A stretch of 64,000 nucleotides of DNA, from assembly GCA_964016885.1 (NCBI GenBank), contig OZ024740.1, forward strand, positions 79,732,001 to 79,796,000. Reading direction: 5' to 3'. This document shows, piece after piece, positions 26,432 through 39,095 of this stretch. Each line of letters opens with the position of its first letter. The first letter of the stretch is position 1. The notes beneath the pieces were generated by a model, which saw nothing but the letters and a program-made list of their open reading frames with translations, was not told where the DNA came from and searched no databases. The stretch is from Eledone cirrhosa. Its lineage: Eukaryota. The translations under genes were made by a program, and so were the position numbers.

Positions 26432-26439
<8 letters not shown>

Positions 26440-27233
26440 AAGTAAGTCCATAGAATCATAGATAAAATATATACAGTATTTCTTCTCCCAATCAGCATAA
26501 ATCAACCACACAAAAAATCATTTAAACGAGGCTATAAGTTTAAAATATACTTATGAAGAAACAATAGATAAATGATATAGCTTCTTATCCACGACTCATA
26601 GCTACCAAAAATTGACCTAGTATTTCTAATAGCCTATAGAAATTGACTAGACATATAGTTAACCATACCTAATTAGGTACAAAATCAAAGTTATAAGAAA
26701 AAATGTACATAAACCTTACCAAAATCATAAAAATATCTCTACCCTCAGCGGTTTCATTCCATTTTGGGATATATCCGATCTTGGATAAATCAACGAGGTT
26801 TGGAAACCATCAGGAGATAACTCAATTGGACAAAGATTTTTCTTACATGATCCCCGCCAGAAACGAATTCAAAATGGCTAAAGAATCATCACGTGGCTAG
26901 TGGTCAAGGCAGAAAGTTTGTGATTGGTGCCTGTCGGCGAGTAGGCTGGTTGCTAGAAAGCGCAGCCGAATACGGCCTAAAGTTTTACTTAACCTTACGG
27001 GAGTATATAAAATTTAAAGAGTATATACATATAAACTAGACGAGGTCATAGATATATATATATGTTTTTGGCAACCATTCACGGTGTGGCTGAATGAAGG
27101 ATTAATTAAATAATCAATAATCAGAGCAATATATAAGAAGTAAGTCCATAGAACCATTAGATAAAATATATACAGTATTTCTTCTCCCAATCAGCATAAA
27201 TCAACCACACAAAAAATCATTTAAACAAGGCTA
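26432..27233. repeat. TA-flanked element with ~100-bp terminal direct repeats (pLTR-like)
   Basis: tataagaagtaagtccatagaa...catttaaac.aggcta at 26433-26534 and 27132-27233. Confidence 0.65.
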
Positions 27234-27236
27234 CGA

Positions 27237-27302
<66 letters not shown>

Positions 27303-27468
27303 TCGTAGAGTGAAGAATAACATGGTCAACAGTACAAAAAGGGTTTTATTTACAGTATTAACAATTGTTTCATTGGTTAATGGAAATATTGTTTCCTCGG
27401 TCCAATTGGACGAGCTCCACCCCACTTGTCAAGCGATTGAGGTCTGGGATCTTGTCGATCAACTGTTG

Positions 27469-27510
<42 letters not shown>

Positions 27511-27723
27511 GAAATTGTTCAAGATCCCGACGGCAGAGCTCAAGCCGTTTCGACGGCTATTTCTTGACTAAATTAGATTTTAGTCCAGAAATAGCCGTCG
27601 AAACGGCTTGAGCTCTGCCGTCGGGGTCTTGAACAATTTCCTATTACCCACTCTACTACCCTAAGTATTGAGTACTCTGGTGCGTTATGGACCACCTGGT
27701 TCCTTACCACACTTCCTTCGTTA
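27511..27723 (+). mobile_element. Palindrome-plus-tail element; same family at 36463-36670 (-)
   Basis: ~130-bp near-perfect palindrome 27511-27640 followed by tail ...gtattgagtactctgg...ttccttcgtta-(TA)n. Confidence 0.7.
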
Positions 27724-28007
27724 TATATATATATCCGTATGTGGTTGACGGATGAGAGAAAAGCGTACTCCACTCGGAAGTACTGTTTTAATATTCATCT
27801 TATTTTAGCCTTAATAACTGTGTGTGTGTGTGTTTGAATTTTCCCTGGCTATTTGCTGTTGCTATCCGCCGATTCCTATACATTGTTTATAAAAACTCTC
27901 AAAATTGAATTAATAGCTACCACTTTGAAACAATGAATTCTTTCCGTTTATCATTCAATGTTGATCAGGACAGCAACGGCGACGCCAATAGATTCCTATT
28001 ATATGGT

Positions 28008-28125
28008 CTGAGTTCAATTCCCGCTGAGGTTAACTTTGCCTTTCATCCTTACGTGGTCGATAAAATAAAGTACCAGTAATACACTGGGATAATTGCTGGC
28101 ATTGTGACAAAAGTAGAAACAATTA
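28008..28125 (+). mobile_element. 5'-truncated tRNA-SINE
   Basis: B box, central domain and tail. Confidence 0.75.
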
Positions 28126-28718
28126 TATATATATATATATATATATATGTGAGTGTGTGTGTATATATATATATATATATGTATATGTGTGTGTGAGTGT
28201 GTGTATATCTATATCTATATCTATATCTATATATATCTAAACTATAATAAAATAAGGAGTGCGGGACTGCGTACGGTTTATTTATTTTAATCCAGTTAGT
28301 AAAATAAGTTGGATTACTTTGAATAAACAATGAATGAATATTACATAATTTATCTACAACATTTCGTAGCTCTTGATTAAATATATTTTATTGCTTATTT
28401 AAAGATTCATTTCTTTAAAATTTTCAAATGTCAACACTTCCGGTTAGCGATCGCTTAAATAAACATTCATATATTTCCGTCACTAATTTTCTCCTAATGC
28501 AGTTTCTATATAATATCGTCTTTTTTTAATGTATCATGGATTACGTTACTGATTACATAAAAGAGTGTAACGCAGGCTTCGTTCAATTTCTGTGTATATT
28601 GTCAATTGCAATTTTATTTAATGTATCAAATATCTACATGCATATATACTTGCGTATAATATCAATATGCACACTACACATGCTAGCAGAAAACCACCCG
28701 AGGGTGGTTTTCTGCTAG

Positions 28719-29125
28719 TATATATATGTAAAGTTGTATTCCTGTCTGTCTGTTTGTTTGTTTGTTTGTTCACGAACTACTCCTATGGTTTTGGAGATAG
28801 ACCCCCATAACCATATATATTCTGAAACTACATTGCCCAGGGTACTTGGATAAGTATATTTCATTTTAATCAAAGGGTTCCCTGGGGGCACAAAATCCCC
28901 GCTGAAAATTTTCCCCTCCAATTTATATGAAATTTAAACCATTGGTAAATGACAAAATACGATGCCTATTCACAAAATTTAAGCAAATTTTAATAATGTT
29001 AAGACTCCCTAATGGGGGTTAAACCCCCTATTAGGGTTCCCCGGAGGCACAAACCCCCGCTGAAAATGCTTTCCCTTCGATTTATATGAAATTTAAACCA
29101 TAGGTAAATGACAAGATATTCACAA

Positions 29126-29126
<1 letters not shown>
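28719..29126 (+). mobile_element. Helitron 5' portion (family of 15278-15944)
   Basis: Similar to rc of 15525-15944; (GTCT)/(GTTT) repeat near the 5' end. Confidence 0.7.
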
Positions 29127-29195
<69 letters not shown>

Positions 29196-29197
<2 letters not shown>

Positions 29198-29358
29198 TAG
29201 CTTTCACCGTATTTTTGACTAAAGGAATTTTAGCCTGATAATGGGGTTTAGAACCCTCAGATAAATGGAAAAAGATGAGTATTGATGTACATCAATACTC
29301 ATCTTTTTCCATTTATCAGGCTAAAATTCTTTTAGTCAAAAATACGGTGAAAGCTATT
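29196..29358. repeat. Fold-back element between (TA)n tracts
   Basis: aatagctttcaccg...tttagcctgataa inverted at 29312-29358; inner palindrome centred on gatgtacatc. Confidence 0.7.
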
Positions 29359-30082
29359 CTATTTTCTAATTTCAAACCTTCTCACTGTTTCAAAATATAC
29401 TTACTTGATATATATATATATATATGAATAAAGTTAGGCCTTCATCAGTGATCTTCCAACCATCATTGGTATTTCATCGCTTTAAAGACCATATACCTCC
29501 GGTTGGTGCGAGCAACGGCTAAAAAAAGTCGTTGGGACACGTAAATAAAGGGGACACGAGAGTGTAAACAAACAAAGATGGTGAAGCAACGAAAAGTGAG
29601 GAAGAAGGAGTCAAGTCCCAAATTTCCATGAATATAAGTTCGGTGAAATCGTGAACGAGAGAGAATAAAGACCATCAAACCTGGTTGGAATGTGAGCAAG
29701 GAAGGAATTCCGTACAGGTCTAACGGGAGGAAGAAGGGATCTAGTCTGTGAATTCGGTAAACATAAGTTCTGTGAAATCGTAGACGAGAGAGAGAAAAAA
29801 AAGGAAACCTGCCTGACCAAGGGTGCGAAAGAAAAGAATTATGCACAGGTCAAACGGGAAGAAGGAGGAGGAGGAGAGGTAGTAACAGAGAGTGAGTGAG
29901 TGAAGGGTGGGGAATAGGCTAACAGAGAGAGTGACTGTTAGAGAGGGTAAAGATACAGAGAAAGAGGAAGCAGTAAGAACGAAATAGACGGGTCACAGCG
30001 AGGGAAAAAATATGTGTAAATATGAGAATAAACGTGCTGCGTGGTTGCTAATGGGTTACATATGAATAAAGTTAGTCCTTCA

Positions 30083-30586
30083 TAGGGCGGGTAAAATTCC
30101 CGAGATCCATGGACGAGTTCTCTCCAGCAGTCTCTGTCCCTCATTATCGCTGCCATGTCCTGTGTCTCCAACAGACCAATGTGTGACCTTAGGGTATCAA
30201 CATTCGTTAACCTTGGTCTTCCTCTTCCAGTGCGTGCCACAGTTTGAGATTGGTGTTGAAGTCGGACTCTCGTGGAGACCTGAAGATCCGCCTCTTCATT
30301 GCAGTGTCTATGCTGCTGTACGGGTCTGAGACTTAGACACTGACCAAGAAACTCACTCAGATGGTGGATGGGTGCTACACGAGAATACTGAGGATGGCTC
30401 TGAACATTAATCAGTATACACTGAGGATGATAAACTCAGAGCTGTATGGGAGCCTCCCAAAAGTCAGCTCAAAAGTAACACAGACTGAGGTTAGCTGGAC
30501 ATGCTCGCCGGCATCCAGAGTTGACACTGCACTCAGTGCTCCTGTGGGATCCCCTGCATAGACACACTGGTAGAGGAAGACCAAGG

Positions 30587-30587
<1 letters not shown>
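30083..30587. mobile_element. RTE-group LINE fragment with 5' inversion
   Basis: 3' end on minus strand (30083-30237) joined to upstream coding segment on plus strand (30237-30587); same family as 23696-24260. Confidence 0.8.
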
Positions 30588-30631
<44 letters not shown>

Positions 30632-30632
<1 letters not shown>

Positions 30633-30760
30633 CGCGCAATAAACTGAGTCCAGATGCATCACTAATTTTTCGTTTTATATTATATCATACTCTGCTCTGT
30701 AAGAATATTGAGTGCTAATTTTGACATACCGCCTATTGAAGCACCATAGCTACCATTAAA
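30632..30760 (+). mobile_element. Solo 3' tail of the 61022-61290 family
   Basis: Matches rc 61025-61074 and 61198-61290. Confidence 0.7.
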
Positions 30761-30782
30761 CACACGTATATATATGTGTATA

Positions 30783-30864
<82 letters not shown>

Positions 30865-30865
<1 letters not shown>

Positions 30866-31523
30866 GTTATTCCGGGTTGAATCGGAGGTAACCACAGTAA
30901 GTAAGGTACTCAATACATAGCAGAGTATAACAGTTTTAATATAGATGAGATTCTACAGGACTAGAACTGTTTCATTCATTAGAAATCATCAGGAATCTGG
31001 GTATCAAAAAATAAATATTTATGATTAGTTTAAGAGAAGTTCGAAGATAATAGTAAGATATGCACTCAGTATTTTGAATCTGTCTGCAGAATTCTCTAGA
31101 CCTTTGTCACTTAGTAGAACCTTAATGACTTTAGCTTTTAAAGAATCTCCCTTTTCTTTAATTCTATCGACCATGACTGACCCCCCACTGATTTTATAGA
31201 CATCTGTTAGCTTAAGAGAAACTTATTGACAAGGAATGGTATGCCATCCGGAACCTGTTTATAGAATTCTGTCTGCCTTTGTTACTCTAAAAACATAAAT
31301 AAATATAAATATAAATAAAAATTAACTATAGCTTTGTAGAATTAGCTTTTAATGAATTCCCTTTTCTATCAACCAATGACCTGCACCCATCCCACTCCCC
31401 ACCCTCTCCTACCACTTGTAGAGACCTATAAATACCATATTTATTTTTTGATACCCAGATTCCTGATGATTTCTAATGAATGAAACAGTTCTAGTCCTGT
31501 AGAATCTCATCTATATTAAAACT
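30865..31523. mobile_element. Fold-back element, family D, with HHRs (30948-30998 -, 31457-31507 +)
   Basis: agattc-CTGATGA-tttc taat gaat-GAAA-cag ttctagtc ctg-TA-gaatct; arms 30933-31020 / 31438-31522. Confidence 0.85.
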
Positions 31524-31555
<32 letters not shown>

Positions 31556-31570
31556 ATATGTGTGTGTGTA

Positions 31571-31609
<39 letters not shown>

Positions 31610-31658
31610 ATATATATGTGTGTATGTATATGTATATATATATGTGTGTATATACATG

Positions 31659-31755
<97 letters not shown>

Positions 31756-31836
31756 TATATTTATTTAGGTTTGAAGGTTCACCACTGGATAGGATTTTCG
31801 GCCCCATGGATTTTACATTCATTTATTATATTTCGA

Positions 31837-31894
31837 ATACCTGATGATACCACCGGATTCATACGGAACCCGGTCATTGAAATGATCATAGTAT
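31837..31894 (+). ncRNA. Type I hammerhead ribozyme (family E)
   Basis: atac-CTGATGA-taccaccgg..ccggtcatt-GAAA-tgatca-TA-gtat; palindromic stem III ATGATCAT. Confidence 0.75.
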
Positions 31895-32488
31895 ATGCTA
31901 CTGGTAACATGTATCCCAGTACAACCTGACTCATGGTCGGGTCGTTGGCGACTAAACTGGCAACCCCACCAAGGTTTCTTGGTGAGGAGGGTGACTTTGG
32001 ACATCCTGCAGGAATAAAAACAAAACCTGTCAAAGGGCAAAGGAGCTCTTAAGAGTTAATGGCCATCCAAAATCACCGGGAGAGATGACCCCTTAGCCTT
32101 TGTCAAGGCAGAATTCTAGGAGAAGGAAAACTCTGATATAACACCTGCAACTCTGATGGTATCCAATGATGTTGACTTGTTCTTCTTTTTGGTAAATATC
32201 ATATTGGTTAAGATAGTGAGACTGGCTTTGTGCAGTGCCTTTTCTCACTATAAAAGCTTCACGGCACAGGCATTGCTTTATATCTGGAGATCTCTCTGCA
32301 CTTGTCGTCACATGGTACCATGGGCCCAGCACTATGTGTCAATAATTGTCACAAGAGTAGTGTTTGTACCAGAGTTTTCAAGTTGCTGGCTGGACTAAGA
32401 AGTCACACTCGTTCAGCGCATCGGTGGGGGTTCTCCTACATGGATATAAAGTAGTTGCCGTACTCGAAAACGAGTTGGCAGCCACCAT
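31895..32488 (-). pseudogene. Possible decayed PLE GIY-YIG fragment
   Basis: Frameshifted IHVGE...RLNE and CLCREAFIV-like stretches; joined directly to the family E HHR. Confidence 0.3.
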
Positions 32489-32495
32489 ATATATG

Positions 32496-32540
<45 letters not shown>

Positions 32541-32593
32541 ATATGTATGTGTATATGTATATATATATGTATATGTGTGTATATATATATGTA

Positions 32594-32643
<50 letters not shown>

Positions 32644-32724
32644 TTTGTGTATGTGTATTTATGTATTTATTGTATGTGTTTATATGTGTAGATGTGTTTG
32701 TATATGTTTGTATATGTGTATATT

Positions 32725-32781
<57 letters not shown>

Positions 32782-33041
32782 ATGTGAATGTGTCTGTTGA
32801 CATCTGAAATATAGCTTAAGAGAAACATGACAATAATGATAGGCACCCAATATTTGAACTGGTTTATAGAATTCTCTTGGCCTTTGTCACTCTATAGTTG
32901 TCACTCTAAATTATAGCCTTAAAGAATTAGCTTTTAACGAATTCCCTTTTCTTTCAACCAATGACCTCCACCCATACCACTCCCCACCCTCTCCTACCAC
33001 ATGAAAAGATATAAATACCACAACATTTATTTTGGACAGCC

Positions 33042-33092
33042 AGATTCCTGATGATTTCTAAAGAATGAAACAGTTCTAGTCCTGTAGAATCT
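33042..33092 (+). ncRNA. Type I hammerhead ribozyme (family D)
   Basis: agattc-CTGATGA-tttctaaagaat-GAAA-cagttctagtcctg-TA-gaatct. Confidence 0.85.
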
Positions 33093-33101
33093 CATCTATA
33101 T

Positions 33102-33170
<69 letters not shown>

Positions 33171-33249
33171 TTAGGTTTGAAGGTTCACCACTGGATAGGA
33201 TTTTCAGCCCCATGGATTTTATCTGTTACATTCATTTATTATATTTCGA

Positions 33250-33306
33250 ATACCTGATGATATCACCGGATTCATACGGAACCCGGTCATTGAAATGATC
33301 ATAGTA
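33250..33306 (+). ncRNA. Type I hammerhead ribozyme (family E)
   Basis: Copy of 31837-31894 followed by aataaa. Confidence 0.75.
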
Positions 33307-33352
33307 TAATAAACCTTTCAAGGATTTACACAAGTCCAGCCTCCTGTTATTT

Positions 33353-33410
<58 letters not shown>

Positions 33411-33569
33411 TATATATATATATATATATACTATATATATATACATATATATATATACATATATATATATATACTATATATATATACATATATATATATA
33501 TACTATATATATATACATATATATATATATACTATATATATATATATACTATATATATATATATATATA

Positions 33570-34280
33570 AGTATGTATACGTACATACATATATGTATAC
33601 AGACGTACAGTAGTATGTATATATATACATACATGCACTCATATATATATATGTACGTATGGGTTTACCGAACATTTATTATAATGCTCGGTTTTTGTTC
33701 AACACTGACAAAGGAACGATGTACTAGTTTCAAGCTTATTAGCTATCGTCAGCACTGTATACCTTCTTGCCAGATGATTGAACGTCTGAAAGTATATACT
33801 TTCCTTATGCATATTAACGGCTGAGCAGCCTAATTTGCATATCGAGTGAGTTAGTCGGCCGGGCGCACCGAAAATGATAAATGGAAAAAATGAAACGAAG
33901 TTTCATTTCTCACTCTTAGTACGGCTGTTACTTAAATATAAGTATGTATACGTACATACATATATGTATACAGACGTACAGTAGTATGTATATATACACA
34001 TACAAGAAGGTATACGGTGCTGACGATAGCTAATAAGCTTGAAACTAGTACATCGTTCCTTTGTCAGTGTTGAACAAAAGGGCAACGATGGTTGCTAAAT
34101 ACTGTACGGCTTAATTCGGGCTGTTTGTTTACAAACAAACCGAGCATTATAATAAATGTTCGGTAATCCCATACGTACATATATATATGTGTGCATGTAT
34201 GTATATATATATACATACTTATATTTAAGTAACAGCCGTACTAGGAGTGAGAAATGAAATTTCGTTTCATTTTTTCCATA
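33570..34280. mobile_element. Diverged family A fold-back with HHRs (33717-33757 -, 34015-34055 +)
   Basis: cggtg-CTGACGA-tagct aata agctt-GAAA-ctag-TA-catcg. Confidence 0.75.
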
Positions 34281-34290
34281 TATATATATG

Positions 34291-34322
<32 letters not shown>

Positions 34323-34324
34323 TG

Positions 34325-34527
<203 letters not shown>

Positions 34528-34553
34528 TATATATATGTATATATATATATATA

Positions 34554-34620
<67 letters not shown>

Positions 34621-34625
<5 letters not shown>

Positions 34626-36250
34626 TTGTGAGGTTTTTGATATGAAATCGTGTGTCGAAACAACTACCCTAAAGGGCCACATATTCAAATTCAACGAAAA
34701 GATCTAGACCCAAAATGAGGGAGCAGCCATTGGTGTCAGCATAGCTGGTGACGTTGCCAACCTTTTTATGGTATGGTGGGAAAGGAGACTCAAAGATCTC
34801 CTTGATGAGAGCTCCATAGACCTCATATTGTACTTTCGTTACGTAGACGACATCAATATAGTAATAAGGAGATCCTCACAAGTATGATTTAGAATGTAGC
34901 ACAATGGAAAGCATCCAGCAGATAGCTAATTCCATACACCAGAGTATAACTGTAACTATCGACTACCCTAATAATAGACTACCTGTATTAGACACGGAAC
35001 TCTGGATTAACACTATAGACGAGAGAGCCCAAATTCTCCACCCACACTACGCTAAACCCATGGCCTCCAAATACCTGATACTCAAAAACTCAGCAATGTC
35101 CAGTAGTGCTAAGTTTAATATTCTGATCGCAGACTTGGTACGAGTGATGAAGAACGTGTCCCGCATGTGCGACCCAACAGAAATGGAAAGACGCATCCAA
35201 CACTTCATCAACCGCATGCAGTTCTCTGGCTACAACCAAAGAGACAGAATCGGAGTATACGAAGGAGCCACGGAGAAGTATAAGACCCTCATAGAACTGG
35301 ACATGAAAGGAATTTGCCCATTATACAGGAGTAAATCAGGAATAGCTTAGATAGAACTAAACATAAGATAGGGAAAGCCACCTCATGGTACGACAACCAG
35401 AGATACCAGAGTGTCATGTTCGCGGACGCTACCCCTGGAGGGAAATTAACTAACCAGTGTAGAAAGGCCCCGAGAAAGACCCACTTAAAGATTAAGGTGG
35501 TAGAAAAGCCAGGAACCACCATAAAATCCCTGATCAGCAAAACATACCCTTTTAAGAAAACCCACTGTACTAATAGGAAATGTATTATATGTAAAGTAAA
35601 CCTCCGGATAAACTGTAAAACTAGAAATGTAGTCTATAGCATAAGATGTACAGAGGCTACTTGCAGAAACATGACAACAACATACATAGGCGAGACAGCT
35701 CGGAGCATAGGTGAAAGGATAGACCAACACGGGGGGGGGGGGGGCGAAAAAACGGTTCAGTACTATACGAACACGCCAGACAACAACACAACGGTAACAT
35801 AGACAACATAGAAATTAAAATAATATCTAAACATAGAAATGACCCAGCAGATAGGCAAATCAGAGAGGCCAGGGAAATAGAACCTAGAAGGCCAAAGCTA
35901 AACAGAAAAAATGAATGGAATAACAACACCCAAACAAACAATACTGACCTAAGAGAAATATAAATAAATAGATAAATAAATAAATACATACACATGCACA
36001 ATAACAACAAACACATATAAACACACACTAGTAAACTAAGATAGAATACAATAACCAAAACACAGTCACACGAACACACATCAAACACCATACACACACG
36101 CAAACGCATGCGCAGAGAAGAAGACAAAAATAAATAAATAAATAAATAAACAGATTAAATAAAGATGGCGTAGACATACAATACAACAGGAGGAAACATA
36201 ATAGCACCACTGACGATGTTGCAGATGTGCAACGAAAGAACTTTGTTAGA
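34621..36250 (+). mobile_element. 5'-truncated Penelope-like element: RT motifs, thumb, GIY-YIG, 3' HHR (~36205-36248)
   Basis: QNEGAAIGVSIAGDVANLFM, YFRYVDD, LPVLD, CKTRNVVYSIRC...YIGETARSIGERIDQH; stops and frameshifts; CTGACGA-t-gttgca gatg tgcaac-GAAA. Confidence 0.9.
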
Positions 36251-36462
36251 CTATATATATGTGTTTGTGTCTATATTATATCTGTAGTTTTGACCGTTGG
36301 TCAGTCAATGGTAAACATTGAGGACCGAATAAATTAACTGATATAAAAGATACAGAAACGAAAACCAACCAAACAGTGAGTGTGTTCTGTTATTAATTCT
36401 GGTAATATTATTACATTATTAAAATATGACCCTCTCCAAGTATAACAATATATATATATATA

Positions 36463-36670
36463 TAACGAAGGAAATGTGGTAAGGAACCAGGTGGACCATA
36501 ACGCACCAAAGTACTCAATACTTGAGGTAGTAGAGTGGGTAATAGGAACCAGTAAGACCCCGACAGCTGAGCTCAAGCCGTTTCGACGGCTAATTCTGGA
36601 CGCAAATCTGTCCAGAATTAGCCGTCGAAACGGCTTGAGCTCAGCTGTCGGGGTCTTACTGGTTCCTATA
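36463..36670 (-). mobile_element. Palindrome-plus-tail element (family of 27511-27723)
   Basis: Palindrome 36542-36669 and shared tail. Confidence 0.7.
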
Positions 36671-37087
36671 TATATATATATATATATATATTGGAAAATG
36701 TGTGTAATCCTTGGTACAGTTAGGTATATTAAGACAGGGGGAGGGGGGAGAAAAAATGGCTTCACTTGTGCTTTCAACAAATTTATTTTCTTCACAAAAT
36801 CCAAAAAGAATTTTTTTCCGGATTAGAAAAAAAATTTTTTTATTAAAAAAAATTATTTTATAAATTAAGTTAGGTCTTAGGAGTTCTTGGTTAACGTAGG
36901 AGGTATTGTTTCGTTTTTAGAACGACCTTTCACGCTGAGGTGCGCTTGTCAAACTGATGTGTATGTGGTGTGTTGTTCTATATATAGGGATTTAACATGT
37001 CTGTGGTGTGGTGGGTTTTTTTTTTCTCCCCCTTTTAATAAGTGTATGGGTTATATATATATATATATATATATGTGTGTATATATA

Positions 37088-37437
37088 TGTAGAGGTTATA
37101 TTTAATTTGTTGGGATACAACAAGCAAAATATTTTTATAACTGATATAAAGCACTCAACAAATTATTGGAGTAAATATACAATATATTAACAAATGGAAA
37201 CTGTATTTATAAAACCATATTTATTTCATTATACATATTTCAAGGGCCACCAAGGAGATTCCAACCAGAATGGTTGCATTTTTTAAGGGCATGTCAATAT
37301 TTATTTATAAAACTAACCTATATTATTTTTTATCTGATGAAAGCGCACCATAGTTTACCTTGCTGGCCCTTGAAATATGTATAATGAAATAAATATGGTT
37401 TTATAAATATAGTTTCCATTTGTTAATATATTGTATA
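37088..37437. mobile_element. Family B fold-back with HHR (~37326-37391 +)
   Basis: Arms 37175-37250 / 37364-37437; ttttat-CTGATGA-aagcgc...ggccctt-GAAA-tatgta-TA-atgaaa. Confidence 0.7.
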
Positions 37438-37455
37438 TGTATATATATATATATA

Positions 37456-39095
37456 TAAATTGAAACAAAATGAAAACGAAATTTCATTTCTCACTCTTAG
37501 TATGGCACTTACTTAAATGTAAGTATGCATGTATACGTACATACATATATGTATACAGACGTACAGTAGCATGCACATATATATATATATATACATATGC
37601 ATACAGGTACAGATACATATATGCACGTATCAGTTTAGCGGCGCTTATTATAACGTCGCTTTGTTCGTTTGTAAACAAACTGAACAGCCTGAATTTATGC
37701 CATACGGTGTTAAGGCAACCACGTCACCTTTTTGTTCAACACTGACACAGGAACGATGTACTAGTTTCAAGCTTGTTAGCTATCATCAGCACCGTTTACC
37801 CATCTGCCAGATAGTTGAACGTTCGAAAGTATATACTTTCCTTATGAAAATTAACGGCTGATCAGCCTAATTTGCATATTGAGTGAGTTAAATCGGTCAG
37901 GCATACCGAAAACGATAAATTGAAACAAAATGAAAACGAAATTTCATTTCTCACTCTTAGTATGGCACTTACTTAAATGTAAGTATGCATGTATACGTAC
38001 ATACATATATGTATACAGACGTACAGTAGCACGCACATATATATACATATATATATACATATGCATACAGGTACACATACATATATGCACGTATCAGTTT
38101 AGCGGCGCTTATTATAACGTCGCTTTGTTCGTTTGTAAACAAACTGAACAGCCTGAATTTATGCCATACGGTGTTAAGGCAACCACGTCACCTTTTTGTT
38201 CAACACTGACACAGGAACGATGTACTAGTTTCAAGCTTGTTAGCTATCATCAGCACCGTTTACCCATCTGCCAGATAGTTGAACGTTCGAAAGTATATAC
38301 TTTCCTTATGAAAATTAACGGCTGAGCAGCCTAATTTGCATATTGAGTGAGTTAAATCGGTCAGGCATACCGAAAACGATAAATTGAAACAAAATGAAAA
38401 CGAAATTTCATTTCTCACTCTTAGTATGGCACTTACTTAAATGTAAGTATGCATGTATACGTACATACATATATGTATACAGACGTACAGTAGCATGCAC
38501 ATATATATATGTATGTGTACCTGTATGCATATGTATATATATATGTATATATATATATATATATATATGTGCGTGCTACTGTACGTCTGTATACATATAT
38601 GTATGTACGTATACATGCATACTTACATTTAAGTAAGTGCCATACTAAGAGTGAGAAATGAAATTTCGTTTTCATTTTGTTTCAATTTATCGTTTTCGGT
38701 ATGCCTGACCGATTTAACTCACTCAATATGCAAATTAGGCTGATCAGCCGTTAATTTTCATAAGGAAAGTATATACTTTCGAACGTTCAACTATCTGGCA
38801 GATGGGTAAACGGTGCTGATGATAGCTAACAAGCTTGAAACTAGTACATCGTTCCTGTGTCAGTGTTGAACAAAAAGGTGACGTGGTTGCCTTAACACCG
38901 TATGGCATAAATTCAGGCTGTTCAGTTTGTTTACAAACGAACAAAGCGACGTTATAATAAGCGCCGCTAAACTGATACGTGCATATATGTATGTGCACCT
39001 GTATGCATATGTATATATATATGTATATATATATATATATGTGCATGCTACTGTACGTCTGTATACATATATGTATGTACGTATACATGCATACT
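37456..39095. mobile_element. Family A array: two direct ~460-bp units, a partial third, then an inverted unit; HHRs at 37754-37794(-), 38218-38258(-), 38811-38851(+)
   Basis: Equivalent positions at 37470, 37930 and 38394; stem I extends to aacggtg/catcgtt. Confidence 0.85.

Noticed and set aside
26468-26500. CTGATTG...GAAAtactgtaTA HHR-like motif in the direct repeat
   Set aside because: No stem II and core mismatch; at most a vestige
37456-38500. CRISPR-like or satellite array
   Set aside because: Whole ~460-bp units repeat without unique spacers; eukaryotic context; only about 2.3 direct units
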